A DNA stretch of 64,000 nt from the NCBI GenBank assembly GCA_043228905.1, contig JBHGNT010000001.1, forward strand, positions 16,120,001 through 16,184,000, given 5' to 3'. The stretch comes from Azolla caroliniana. Taxonomy: Eukaryota > Plantae > Polypodiophyta. Below the pieces are notes generated by a model that was given only the letters and a program-made list of their open reading frames with translations, had not been told where the DNA came from and did no database searches. Both the position numbers and the translations under genes were made by a program. Below, piece by piece: positions 44,701 to 54,172 of this stretch (position 1 is the first letter of the stretch; each line of letters starts with the position of its first letter).

Positions 44701-47146
44701 GGAAATGCATTTTCCTTGGATATGGATCAGACGGCGAAATGGGATACCGACTCTGGGACCCCGAATGCAGACAAATCGTTCGAAGTTCGGACGTTGTGTT
44801 CAACGAGTCGGCTATGAATCCATCAGTCGAAAAACCGATCGAAGTCCGAAGGGTAACATTCTCCGATGTGCCGACCCTTCAAGAAGGCCCCGCTCTCAAC
44901 ACACGGTCAGCTTCACGGGTAGCTGAACCTTATACTACCGACTCGGACAACTCTGACTCGGCACAGCCGAATGATTCGGTTTCGGACCATCCGACCTCGA
45001 TACCCGATGCGACCAGTCCAATCATACCTCGACGATCCGAGAGACTGTCGCAACCTCCGGAGAGGTATTCTCCTGGAATTTTCTTCACCGACGCCGGCGA
45101 ACCGACGTCTTACGAAGAAGCATCGACATCTGTCGATTCGGCCACCTGGCATCTGGCGATGGAGTCGGAAATGCACTCCATCCGGGCAAACAAGACTTGG
45201 GATCTGGTCGAATTACCTAGGAACCGACGTGCTCTTCCTTGCAAGTGGGTTTATCGACTAAAAGAGACGTCTGATTCGACCACCCCAAAGTACAAGGCCA
45301 GATTAGTTGCGAAGGGCTTCCGACAAGAATATGGCGTCGACTTCGACGAGATTTTTTCACCAGTGGTGAAAATGACAACCCTTCGTCTTCTGCTCGGCGT
45401 CGTGGCAGCCGACAACTTGGAGCTGATTCAGCTAGATGTCAAAACAGCCTTCCTCCATGGTGATCTCGAGGAGGAAATTTATATGGAGCAGCCAAAAGGC
45501 TTCGTGGCAACTGGCCAAGAACATCTAGTCTGCCGACTCAGGAAGAGTCTATACGGCCTCAAACAGGCACCGCGACAATGGTACAAGAAGTTCGACGACT
45601 TCATCCAATCAATCGGCTTCTCCAAAAGCGATGAGGACCATTGTCTCTTCACCAACACAGCTCGAGATGGATCACCCATCTTCCTCATCATTTACGTGGA
45701 CGACATGCTAATTTCTGGACGCCACGCGGGCGAACTTGCCGATCTTGTTCGGCAACTGCGGTTGAAGTTTGCCATGAAGGACCTCGGTCCGGCACGACAC
45801 ATCCTTGGCATGAAGATTAGTCGGCATCGCAATAAACGACATCTTTTTTTGTCTCAGACCGACTATATCGGACGTGTCTTGGAACGCTTCAACATGCAAT
45901 CAGCCAAATCTGCTTCAACCCCACTCCCTATGAATCTTCGGCTCTCTCAGCGAGACTGCCCGACATCCGGTTCGGAGGGGGAAGATATGAAGTCGGTACC
46001 GTATGCACCGGCAGTCGGCTCCCTTATGTACCTGATGGTCGCGACACGGCCTGACATCTCTCATGCCGTAGGAGTCGTTAGCAGATTTATGCACAATCCT
46101 GGCCGATCGCATTGGAACGCAGTCAAGCATGTGTTCAGATATCTGGCTAACACAAAAGACCATGGCATTCTTTTCGGACCGAACCGAACCTCAGGCGTAG
46201 TCGGTTACACCGACTCGGACTTCGCCGGCTGTATAGACAGTCGGAAATCAACAACCGGATACTGCTTCAAATTCGGCAATGGAGCAATCTCGTGGAAGTC
46301 GAAACTTCAGGAGTGCACAACGACCTCAACGACCGAAGCAGAATATGTAGCTGCGTCCGACGCAGCAAAAGAAGCTTTGTGGCTCGGTCGGCTGGCGCAC
46401 ACGTTTCGACAAGTCGAACATGACTCGGCTCCAGTTGTCTACAGCGACAGTCAAGGTGCTGTTGCCTTGTCGAAAAATCCGGTTCACCACAACGCCTCCA
46501 AACATATCGACGTTCGATATCACTTCGTTCGGGACTGCGTCATTTCAGGGAAAATCGGTCTAGAGAAAATATCCACAACCGATAATGTCGCAGATGGAAT
46601 GACCAAATGTCTCTCGGCAGACCGTTTTCGGTCTCTTCGGCATCAGATGGGCGTAACGAAAAACCAGTCCGGTTAGAGCCGGACACAGAGCAGGATGGTT
46701 CCCGAAAACCGACATCAGCTCCTTAATGATCGGCTTCAACTGTTCCGACCCGACCAGTTCGGTCTTCTGTCTTCGGATCCTGCCGACTCGAACAAAGCTG
46801 ATATGTCCGAGAACCTAAGTCTATACCTGTAATCTTAGATAACCCATGTATACGCCCATTACGGGGGAGTGTCGAATACATGTGTATAATGGACGTATTC
46901 ACACCATCCCGTTTTGGCCATTTATGTAATTAGCATAAAGGGTAGTTGCCCTAAGTCGGTCACTATATATAGTGACCTTGTAACCTCTTTGTAAGGTTGG
47001 TTGTTGTATGATTGCTTTGTGAAATAAAGAGTCTTTTGTGTCTCTCTCTCTCTCTCTGTGCAACGACCTACATTCTGTCATACACAGGGAATAAACAGGA
47101 ATCGAGTGCTTCAAGATCTTCCGCACTGACGACATTGCTTCCAACA
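41720..47146 (+). mobile_element. Copia A4, complete, inserted in D gag
   Basis: 277-bp LTRs 41720-41996 and 46870-47146, identical by eye; TSD ACCCC; PBS; PPT. Confidence 0.98.
42663..46676 (+). CDS. gag-pol: Copia Gag-Pol polyprotein (A4)
   Basis: Intact ORF near-identical to A1 and A3. Confidence 0.97.
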   Translation: MASTSGSSEMSLRKFDGSNFNFWKEQMQDYLIVKGQIDPIENEEPPEGYKPIEWQKLDRIVRATIRMHLSESVYFTVQSCTTAFELWKTLSDTYEKKVAATKMFLIRRLYNLRMKESDSVQAHLNEYESISSQISSQGTAIEDELRAMILMSSLPPSWETFVTTVCNASTTAVKYSEVTSAILTEAARRKSFAKDSTDDAYVVQGSTDRSNIRGRDSSRPPNNQRRRSQSRDNRICNYCKKPGHIKADCRALKNKNNKKSGRHEEINYVSFSADVLPDDPNILSIENPVGSEVLLTTEESSTWLLDSGASFHVTPHRSQFRQYTIRHSDSVRVGNSQHCDIIGIGTVELNLAGGSTLVLHNVRHVPELSRPLISVGQLDEDGIRAGFSSGGWTLHRGNLLLARGPKIHSLYPLHVTLREGNLFLVDIPVSSLWHRRLGHLSKAGITHLSSAGYIPKLSFSDHQFCEHCQYGKQVAASHPTSAPRETRPLDLVHSDVCGPMPHQSLGGASYFVSFIDDSTRKVWAYPIRTKDRVFSIFTDWLAMVENQTDRKLKCLRTDNGGEFKSDEFVKFCRQRGIRREFTAPHSPEQNGIAERMNRTIQERIVSMLQHSGLSDGFWAEALLTAVHIINMSPSRPLGLQIPQELWIGSKPNYDKLRIFGCEAYALIPKDDRRKLAPRSRKCIFLGYGSDGEMGYRLWDPECRQIVRSSDVVFNESAMNPSVEKPIEVRRVTFSDVPTLQEGPALNTRSASRVAEPYTTDSDNSDSAQPNDSVSDHPTSIPDATSPIIPRRSERLSQPPERYSPGIFFTDAGEPTSYEEASTSVDSATWHLAMESEMHSIRANKTWDLVELPRNRRALPCKWVYRLKETSDSTTPKYKARLVAKGFRQEYGVDFDEIFSPVVKMTTLRLLLGVVAADNLELIQLDVKTAFLHGDLEEEIYMEQPKGFVATGQEHLVCRLRKSLYGLKQAPRQWYKKFDDFIQSIGFSKSDEDHCLFTNTARDGSPIFLIIYVDDMLISGRHAGELADLVRQLRLKFAMKDLGPARHILGMKISRHRNKRHLFLSQTDYIGRVLERFNMQSAKSASTPLPMNLRLSQRDCPTSGSEGEDMKSVPYAPAVGSLMYLMVATRPDISHAVGVVSRFMHNPGRSHWNAVKHVFRYLANTKDHGILFGPNRTSGVVGYTDSDFAGCIDSRKSTTGYCFKFGNGAISWKSKLQECTTTSTTEAEYVAASDAAKEALWLGRLAHTFRQVEHDSAPVVYSDSQGAVALSKNPVHHNASKHIDVRYHFVRDCVISGKIGLEKISTTDNVADGMTKCLSADRFRSLRHQMGVTKNQSG

Positions 47147-47151
47147 ACCCC

Positions 47152-47990
47152 AACCTATCCCAAGAAAAGAGATTGGTGAAACAAACATGAAGCCCAGTGG
47201 ATCGAGCCAACCTGCTCGGATGGAAGTCGAAGAATCAACGAAGAAAGGAAAAGAACGAGCGGCACCGACTTACAAGCTAAGGTCGGACATAGAACAAACA
47301 ACTAACTTGCGGAAGGTCCTTGAGGAGAAGGTTTTAGATAGTCATGTCGACCTTACCTTGAGAGAGCTACTTGGGATCGCGAAGAAGGAGTTCCATGATA
47401 CTATCGTGGACCTTATTAAGAGGAAGCGACAACAATCTGATGAAGAGGAGGTCAAAACAAGTGCCATAACCATGGCAAGATCGGAAGAGGAGGAAGAAGA
47501 AGAAGTGGTGGCGGATAGCCATTACTCGCGGCCTCATTGGGCAAGAGCGACAACGGAGACACCCGTGAAGATCGGGGAGAAGAAAGAGACCGTGGTCGCT
47601 TTGATTGACCATGGCTCTGAGATCAACCTCATGTCGACCGAGTTCTATAAGAAAGGAAGATGGCCGATTAATACAAACCACGGATGGAAGATTCGAGCGG
47701 CGACGAAGGCTACGGAGGACTTGTACGGAGCTTGCCCCAACGTTAAAGTCACGATTGGGGATGTAGAGATTGATCAACACTTCTTCGTGCAAGACTCGGC
47801 TTCACATCCCGTCATCCTAGGACAACCATATATAACATCGTCCCGGATGGAGACCAAGGTGTTCGATAATGGAGCAGCCTTCGCGCGCGTCAAGAGTCTT
47901 GATAGTAAAAAATCCGTTCAATTCCTGACGGTTCGAGCTAATCATGAAAGGAACCGAGATAGCCTTGGAGGCGAATCCTCGGATTTTTAA
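47152..47990 (+). pseudogene. gag: Element D Gag C-terminus and protease
   Basis: LIDHGSEINL, VILGQPY; ends GAT TTT TAA. Confidence 0.93.
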
Positions 47991-50900
47991 AGCGGACTAT
48001 TGAAGCATGGGGCACAAATAGTCCGAGCAATCATAAGTCCCCACAAGGAAGCAAAGTGCGTGGATTGCAAGGAGAAGCAACATGCGTCACACCTGGCGGC
48101 GCATGCAAACTTAGACTACTCAACAAGAAGGAACAGTGTCAGATACAAGACTTCGAGGAGGTGCTGAAAGAAGAAAGCATAATTGAAGAAGAAGAATTCG
48201 TGTCATATATTCTGGAGGAAGCCTCATTTAACGACACCATCGGCGAAATCGAGGAAGTCGTGGATTTGAGCTATCCTCACCATCGACATGTGATTTCGGT
48301 TAACTCCGTTAACATGTATACTATCATCGATGAATATCATCGAGGAATCTTGATAGAGGAAGTCGAAGTCAACACAAAATATAAAACCGTGGATAGGAAG
48401 ATCAAGCCAGTTGCAGTTCCGCTACCGGAAGATAGCTGGCAAAAGATGAAGGAAGTTGCAAAAGATCCAAGCTTAAGGAACCCAAATACAATTGGTCACG
48501 TCTTCACTGAAGAGACGAAGGGAAAGCTACGAGTTGGAAGGGAGGATTTCCTCCTCCCTGAAGAGGAGCGGATGTTTCGTGGAATGCTTGAAAGACATGG
48601 GAAGGCTTTCGCGTTTTTTCCACAAGAAATCGGGTGTGCTAATCCAAGGACGGTTGAACCGATGGTGATCTTCACGGTGCCGCATGTGCCTTGGAATTTG
48701 AAACCGATACCGGTTCCGAGAGCACACCTACCGAAGTTGATCGAGCTCTTAAAGGAGAAGGTGAGAATGGGAATTCTAGAACCGTCGAATGCTCCTTATT
48801 CTAATAGGTGGTTCACGGTGCCAAAGAAGAATGGATCGTTGCGATTCATTCAAGATCTTCAACCCGTCAACAAGGTGACAATTCGGAATGCTGGAATCGG
48901 TCCGAGTGTGGATGAATTTGCCGAGGCGTTTGCGGGCCGGTCCATCTACTCCATCGGCGATCTTTACTCTGGCTACGATCAATTCCAGTTGGCGGTCGAC
49001 AGTCGTGACATTACAACCATGAGAACTCCAATCGGGTTGGTGCGGATGTGTACCTTACCTCAAGGCGCAACGAACTCGGTGGCTCATATGGTGAATGCCA
49101 TGAACAAGGTCTTGAAGGATTGCATCCCGGATATCACGATGCCATTCTTAGATGATATTCCGATAAAAGGATGTTCGGATGAAGAGAAGGATGAATCAAA
49201 AGATAAGGATGGATGTAGAAAGTTCGTCATCGATCATATGAAAGATTGCGAGAAGGTGCTCCAAAGGCTCAAAGATGCGAATTTGACATTTTCGGGAGAA
49301 AAATCCGCATTCGGGCAACCAGAGATCTTGGTGGTAGGTCACTTGTGTGGAGCATACGGTCGGAAGCCTTCACCATCCAAGGTGAATGCAATTCAAGACA
49401 TGAAAGAAGAATGTGCAACCCAAACGGAGGTTCGAAGGTTCCTTGGAGCATGCGCGTTTTATCATATTTGGATTCCACACTACGCCCACATTGCGGAGCC
49501 ATTATATGGTCTACTAAAGAAGAAGCGGATGTTCGAATGGACGAGCGAGCATACAATCGCCATCCGAAGGTTGAAGAAAATTTTGATGGAGGCACCTGCA
49601 TTACGGAAAGCGGACTATTCATACGGCAAGCCCATTTTCGTGACTGTGGATACTAGTCCAATCGGAATTGGATGGGTTATCAATCAAGAAGATGAAGATT
49701 GCAACCGATATGCAATTCGGTTTGGCGCGAAAGTGTTAAGTGACAGGCAAAGAAGGTATGCCCAAGTGAAGAGGGAGCTATGGGGGATCGTCTCGGCAAT
49801 CAAATCTGATCGTGATTACCTTATTGGAGCAGAAGTCATAATTGAGACAGATTGCCTACCAATTTTGGGTATGATATCTGGTTGCAATACACCGGATATT
49901 GCCATGTTGCGTTGGATTGCATATATCAAATCACTCAACCCGGAGATCCGTCATGTAGCTGGGAAGCGTAATGTCGTTGCAGACATGCTATCACGAGCGA
50001 GATACGATGGAGAAGAAGATCGACATTCTGATGAAGATGATGTTGGCCTGGATTTCTTTGCAAGTTCCTATGCTCGGGTGTTGATTACTTTCATAGAAGA
50101 GGACTACGAAGGCGAATTCGTGGAGATCGGGAAATACTTGAGTTCTCTCCAAAAAGATGAATCATGGTCGACGGAAGACTTCCATCGAATTCGGAAGAAA
50201 GCATACAAGTATTTCCTTAAGGATGGAGCTCTTTGGAAGCATGCAAAAAAGAAGAATGGGACTCCGATGAGAGTTGTCTGCAAGCTAGAAGACCAACAAA
50301 AACTAATGTCCGAATTCCATGATAGTGTTTTTGCAGGCCATCGAGGAATATGGGCTACGTTTGCGAAGCTTAAGGAGAAATATTGGTGGCCGGGCATCTA
50401 CAAAGATGTAGCAGCTTATGTGGAAACATGTAAGGAATGTCAAATGTTTTCGAATATTCGCCATCGAGATGGACTTCATCCGACTTACCCGTTGGCTATG
50501 CATTACAAGTGGATGGTGGACATAGTGATGATGCCAATGGGACGATGGCAGATGAAGTATCTTGTGCTCGCGAGAGAGGATCTTACTAATCAAGTTGAAG
50601 GGCGAGCATTAAGAACTAAGGAGACATCATCGGTATGCCGATTCCTTCTTGAAGATGTTATTTGCAGATATGGATGCGTCGGCAAGATAGTGGCTGATAG
50701 AGGCGAGTTGGACGCCAATGAAGCTAGAGAATTCTTCTCGAGGATGGGAATCAAATTATCTCTTACCATGGCGTATAATCCGGAAGCAAATGGGAAGGTG
50801 GAGCGTGGACATGGACCGATTGTGAAGGCTCTAGTGAAAGCTTGCCATGGGAAAATAGGAGAATGGCCACGTCTATTGCCATTTGCATTATGGGCTGACA

Positions 50901-51436
50901 GGACTACTCATAGCACGGTGACGGGATACATGCCGGCAGAGCTCATATTAGGACAAAAGCCAATAATGCCGGTAGAACAAAGTATTATTTCATGGTTTGC
51001 ATTGCCATGGCAAGATGAGATAAGTAGAGAAGATCTTCTAGCATTGAGGATTCGACAATTAGAACGGAATTTGGAAGATGTAGAGGTGGCTAAAGCGCGG
51101 CTAAAGAATGCAAGGCTAAAGAACAAGAAAGACTTCGATAAACGACATCGACTTCGACCGAGGAAAATCGTTGAAGGAGATTGGGTGCTAGTCTATGACA
51201 GTAGCCTAGATAACCAACATAGTACGGCTCGAAAATTCTCACAACGATGGTTTGGGCCATATGTGGTGAAGAAAGTGGAAGATAATGCAACATATCATTT
51301 AGTAGAACTAGATGGTACACCACTTGCCTTGCCAATTGCCGGTAAAAGAATCAAGATCTTCAAGAGAAGAGAAAGAATAGAAATTGGATTCGAAGCTTCT
51401 GACGATTCAGTCTTAAGCATCGATGAAAAAGTATAG
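47981..51436 (+). CDS. pol: Element D Pol (RT, RNase H, INT), open in the -1 frame from the slippery site
   Basis: No stop from GGA at 47981 through 51436; FLDD, VDTSP, HHCC, GPY motifs. Confidence 0.94.
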   Translation, partial: GFLKRTIEAWGTNSPSNHKSPQGSKVRGLQGEATCVTPGGACKLRLLNKKEQCQIQDFEEVLKEESIIEEEEFVSYILEEASFNDTIGEIEEVVDLSYPHHRHVISVNSVNMYTIIDEYHRGILIEEVEVNTKYKTVDRKIKPVAVPLPEDSWQKMKEVAKDPSLRNPNTIGHVFTEETKGKLRVGREDFLLPEEERMFRGMLERHGKAFAFFPQEIGCANPRTVEPMVIFTVPHVPWNLKPIPVPRAHLPKLIELLKEKVRMGILEPSNAPYSNRWFTVPKKNGSLRFIQDLQPVNKVTIRNAGIGPSVDEFAEAFAGRSIYSIGDLYSGYDQFQLAVDSRDITTMRTPIGLVRMCTLPQGATNSVAHMVNAMNKVLKDCIPDITMPFLDDIPIKGCSDEEKDESKDKDGCRKFVIDHMKDCEKVLQRLKDANLTFSGEKSAFGQPEILVVGHLCGAYGRKPSPSKVNAIQDMKEECATQTEVRRFLGACAFYHIWIPHYAHIAEPLYGLLKKKRMFEWTSEHTIAIRRLKKILMEAPALRKADYSYGKPIFVTVDTSPIGIGWVINQEDEDCNRYAIRFGAKVLSDRQRRYAQVKRELWGIVSAIKSDRDYLIGAEVIIETDCLPILGMISGCNTPDIAMLRWIAYIKSLNPEIRHVAGKRNVVADMLSRARYDGEEDRHSDEDDVGLDFFASSYARVLITFIEEDYEGEFVEIGKYLSSLQKDESWSTEDFHRIRKKAYKYFLKDGALWKHAKKKNGTPMRVVCKLEDQQKLMSEFHDSVFAGHRGIWATFAKLKEKYWWPGIYKDVAAYVETCKECQMFSNIRHRDGLHPTYPLAMHYKWMVDIVMMPMGRWQMKYLVLAREDLTNQVEGRALRTKETSSVCRFLLEDVICRYGCVGKIVADRGELDANEAREFFSRMGIKLSLTMAYNPEANGKVERGHGPIVKALVKACHGKIGEWPRLLPFALWADRTTHSTVTGYMPAELILGQKPIMPVEQSIISWFALPWQDEISREDLLALRIRQLERNLEDVEVAKARLKNARLKNKKDFDKRHRLRPRKIVEGDWVLVYDSSLDNQHSTARKFSQRWFGPYVVKKVEDNATYHLVELDGTPLALPIAGKRIKIFKRRERIEIGFEASDDSVLSIDEKV

Positions 51437-51816
51437 TAAACAAAAATGAATCCTCACCAAAATTGGCACATACCGGTGGATGTGCAGGTTTGGTGGGGGC
51501 GAATGTCGTGTGAATCTTCACACACTATGTAAAAAAATAATGAAATAATTATTATAGATTAGATTGGTAGCTTACTATAGAAAGATGGATATACTCAAGA
51601 GCTTCAAAATGTATTTTACTATATACAAAATGGAGAAATACATATCAAGTTATGGGAAAATGAAGTTTGATTAAATAGAGATATTAGAACTATCCCACAT
51701 AGATAGGAAAGTTAAGGCCCTGGCTATATAAACACCTTGAGCTCCCTCATTTTTCATTTGTGCTGAGAGAACTTTGGCCACTTTGTCTTGATAGATGATG
51801 GTGGCCAAAATCCCTA

Positions 51817-52280
51817 AAACCGGAAACGGGTCCGGTAAGCAAATCCGGAAACGGGCCGGTAAGCAAAACCGGAATCGGAACGGGTATGCAAAACCGGAAA
51901 CCGGCCGGTAAGCAAAACCGGAACCGGAATTGGCAAGCAAACCGGAACTGGAACCGGCAAGCAAACCGCATCCGGTCGGCAAACAAAATTGGAACCGAAA
52001 CCGGCAAGCAAACCGGAATCGGAACCGGTCGGCAAGCAAACCGGAACCGGCCGGCAAGCAAAACCGGAACCGGAACCGGCAAGCAAAACCGGAACCGGAA
52101 CCGGCAAGCAAACCGGAATCGGAACCGGTCGGCAAGCAAACCGGAACCGGCCGGCAAGCAAAACCGGAAACCGGCCGGCAAGCAAAACCGAAACCGAAAC
52201 CGGCAAGCAAACCGGAATCGGTCTGCAAGCAAAATCGGAATCGGAACCGACCGGCAAGCAAAATGGAACCGGCTACCGGA
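51817..52280. repeat. CCGG-rich tandem array in the D 3' LTR
   Basis: Copy of 10165-10628. Confidence 0.95.
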
Positions 52281-52873
52281 CGATGTTGGACGCGGACGGA
52301 CGAAAGATTGGATCATGCAACAAACTAAAGTAAAGTGAAGAGAACTAAAGTAAAGGCCATGTGGACGCAAGCAACTAAAGAAGGGAGTGCATGGAAAAAG
52401 TAAAGGTCATGTGGACAATCACATGCAACCAAAAGAAAAAGCTAGGCAACTAAAAATAGAGGCCATGCAACAAAAAGTGAAAAGGCTATGATCAAGAGAG
52501 AACTCCATTTTTTTATTCCATTTTTTTCCTACACTAGAATGGACTCTCCATATTATCTTAATTTTCTTCTCAACTCCCTTATCTTAGGAAGCCATAATAC
52601 TCATAGAACGGAATCCTAATCTTCCCTACGAAAGCCATATCTACCAAAACCCCTAATTTTTCTTTTCTATTAATCTTAGTAAACCTAAAACTTCTAAATC
52701 CCAATCTTGGGACATATTGTAATTTCTTTTCCCTTTATTAATGAAATTTGTGAATCTTTATCATTTTGCATTAATTGTTTAATATAATCTTACGAATCCG
52801 ATATCTTCTGGTCGGAGGCCCCGGGGTCCTGCCTCAAAGTTCGCGTATCCTCGTCGTATTTTCGCGACAACGG

Positions 52874-53462
52874 AAACTGCGATCGCAACATGGACAGTGC
52901 TACCGTGGAAGGAAGAGATGAGCCGGGAAGAACTACTAGCGGTCCGGATACGACAACTAGAGGGAAGACCGACAGACATAGCGGAAGCAATACGCCGACA
53001 ACAAGAAGCACGATTCCGAAACAAAACCCGGTTAGACACAAAGCACCGACTACAACCGAGGAGGATTGAAGAAGGAGATTGGGTGATCGTCTATGACAGT
53101 AGTTTGGACCATCAACATACAACGATGCGGAAATTTGCGAAAAGGTGGTTCGGGCCATACGAGGTTTGGAAAGTCTTCGACAATGGAACGTCTCGACTGT
53201 CCGAGTTGGATGGAACAATACTACGAGTGCCTATAGCCGGGAAGCGGGTGAAGATTTTCAAGAAGCGGACCGACGACAAACCCTATGTGATCCAAGCCAA
53301 GGCCGACAACGAGGAGCAATCGGACGAAGACCACGGTGATGCGGGAAGTGAAGAAAGTGAATTACAACTCATAGTCGACATAAGGGGAGAATTGGGGGAA
53401 GCTTTGGGTGAAGACGGATATGAGGAATCGAGAACTTCGGCACATACCGGAGGATGTACGAG
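52874..53462 (+). pseudogene. pol: Element C integrase C-terminus and 3' region (PPT deleted)
   Basis: MPT|ETAIATW joins across D; RWFGPY motif; acidic tail. Confidence 0.92.
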
Positions 53463-54172
53463 TGTCGTAGTGTATTCCACACACTACGTGAAAACCATAA
53501 AATAATATATCCGATTTTAGATACATATAAATAAATAAATAATATATCAAAACATTTATCATGTGCATAGGGCAAGATTTGAACCCTGCATCTCCACGTA
53601 GATAAACCCCAACTTTACCATTGTAATAACTTATCTTTAGTGTTATACATATAGATTTAATACGTATAAGACCTTTATTTACACATACCTTTATTAAAAG
53701 GTAAAAATCATGTATTCTTTAGGGTGTGAATATTTTATTTACACGTGACATTAAAAGTGACTCATGCACATCTACCATGCATGAGCCCTATACTTAGGAA
53801 ATGACAAAGCATCACATGCACATTTAGTGTGCATGGACACTTTTGGTGAAAAAGCATGAAGCCATGCTTAGCCTCTTCCATTTCTATATAAGGAGGAGAG
53901 AAATATGTATAAGGTTGTTGATTAATATATACAAGGATTGATCAATCTAATTTATTCGTGGGATTCACGAATTTTGCCATCTAAATTACTCTTATAATCT
54001 AAATATTGTTTTAAATACACTAAACTCGTGGGATTCACGAGATTGCTATCTTACTTCTCTTTCCACTATTCATAACTAGCCTTGAGTTGTATTCCTCTTC
54101 CTCCTAGTCAAAAACCTCGGCGGTTCGCACCCGACTCACGCAACAATCTGGAGCCGAAAGGCACGACAATGG

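Larger units (their letters stand above)
9852..52869 (+). mobile_element. Non-chromovirus Ty3/gypsy element D, young, interrupted by copia A1, A2 and A4
   Basis: 1366-bp LTRs (9852-11078 plus 16434-16572; 51504-52869), about 1 difference seen; 4-bp TSD ACGG at 9848-9851 and 52870-52873; Trp PBS; PPT GGTGGGGGCGAA before 51504. Confidence 0.96.
4643..54168 (+). mobile_element. Non-chromovirus Ty3/gypsy element C (Phygy/Selgy-like), degenerate, hosts D
   Basis: 706-bp LTRs 4643-5348 and 53463-54168 (about 14 differences by eye); 4-bp TSD ACGG (4639-4642) / ATGG (54169-54172); tRNA-Trp PBS. Confidence 0.95.

Noticed and set aside
11079-47146. Target-sequence preference of copia A
   Set aside because: TSDs CTTTT, AAGTG, CGTCA and ACCCC share no motif
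11079-47146. Tandem or segmental duplication, or assembly artefact, as the source of repeated copia copies
   Set aside because: Each copy has its own TSD, its own LTR variant and private substitutions
51437-51503. env-like or additional 3' ORF in the gypsy elements
   Set aside because: 3' UTRs of D, E and F are under about 75 bp, and C has only an acidic integrase tail; there is no room for an extra ORF
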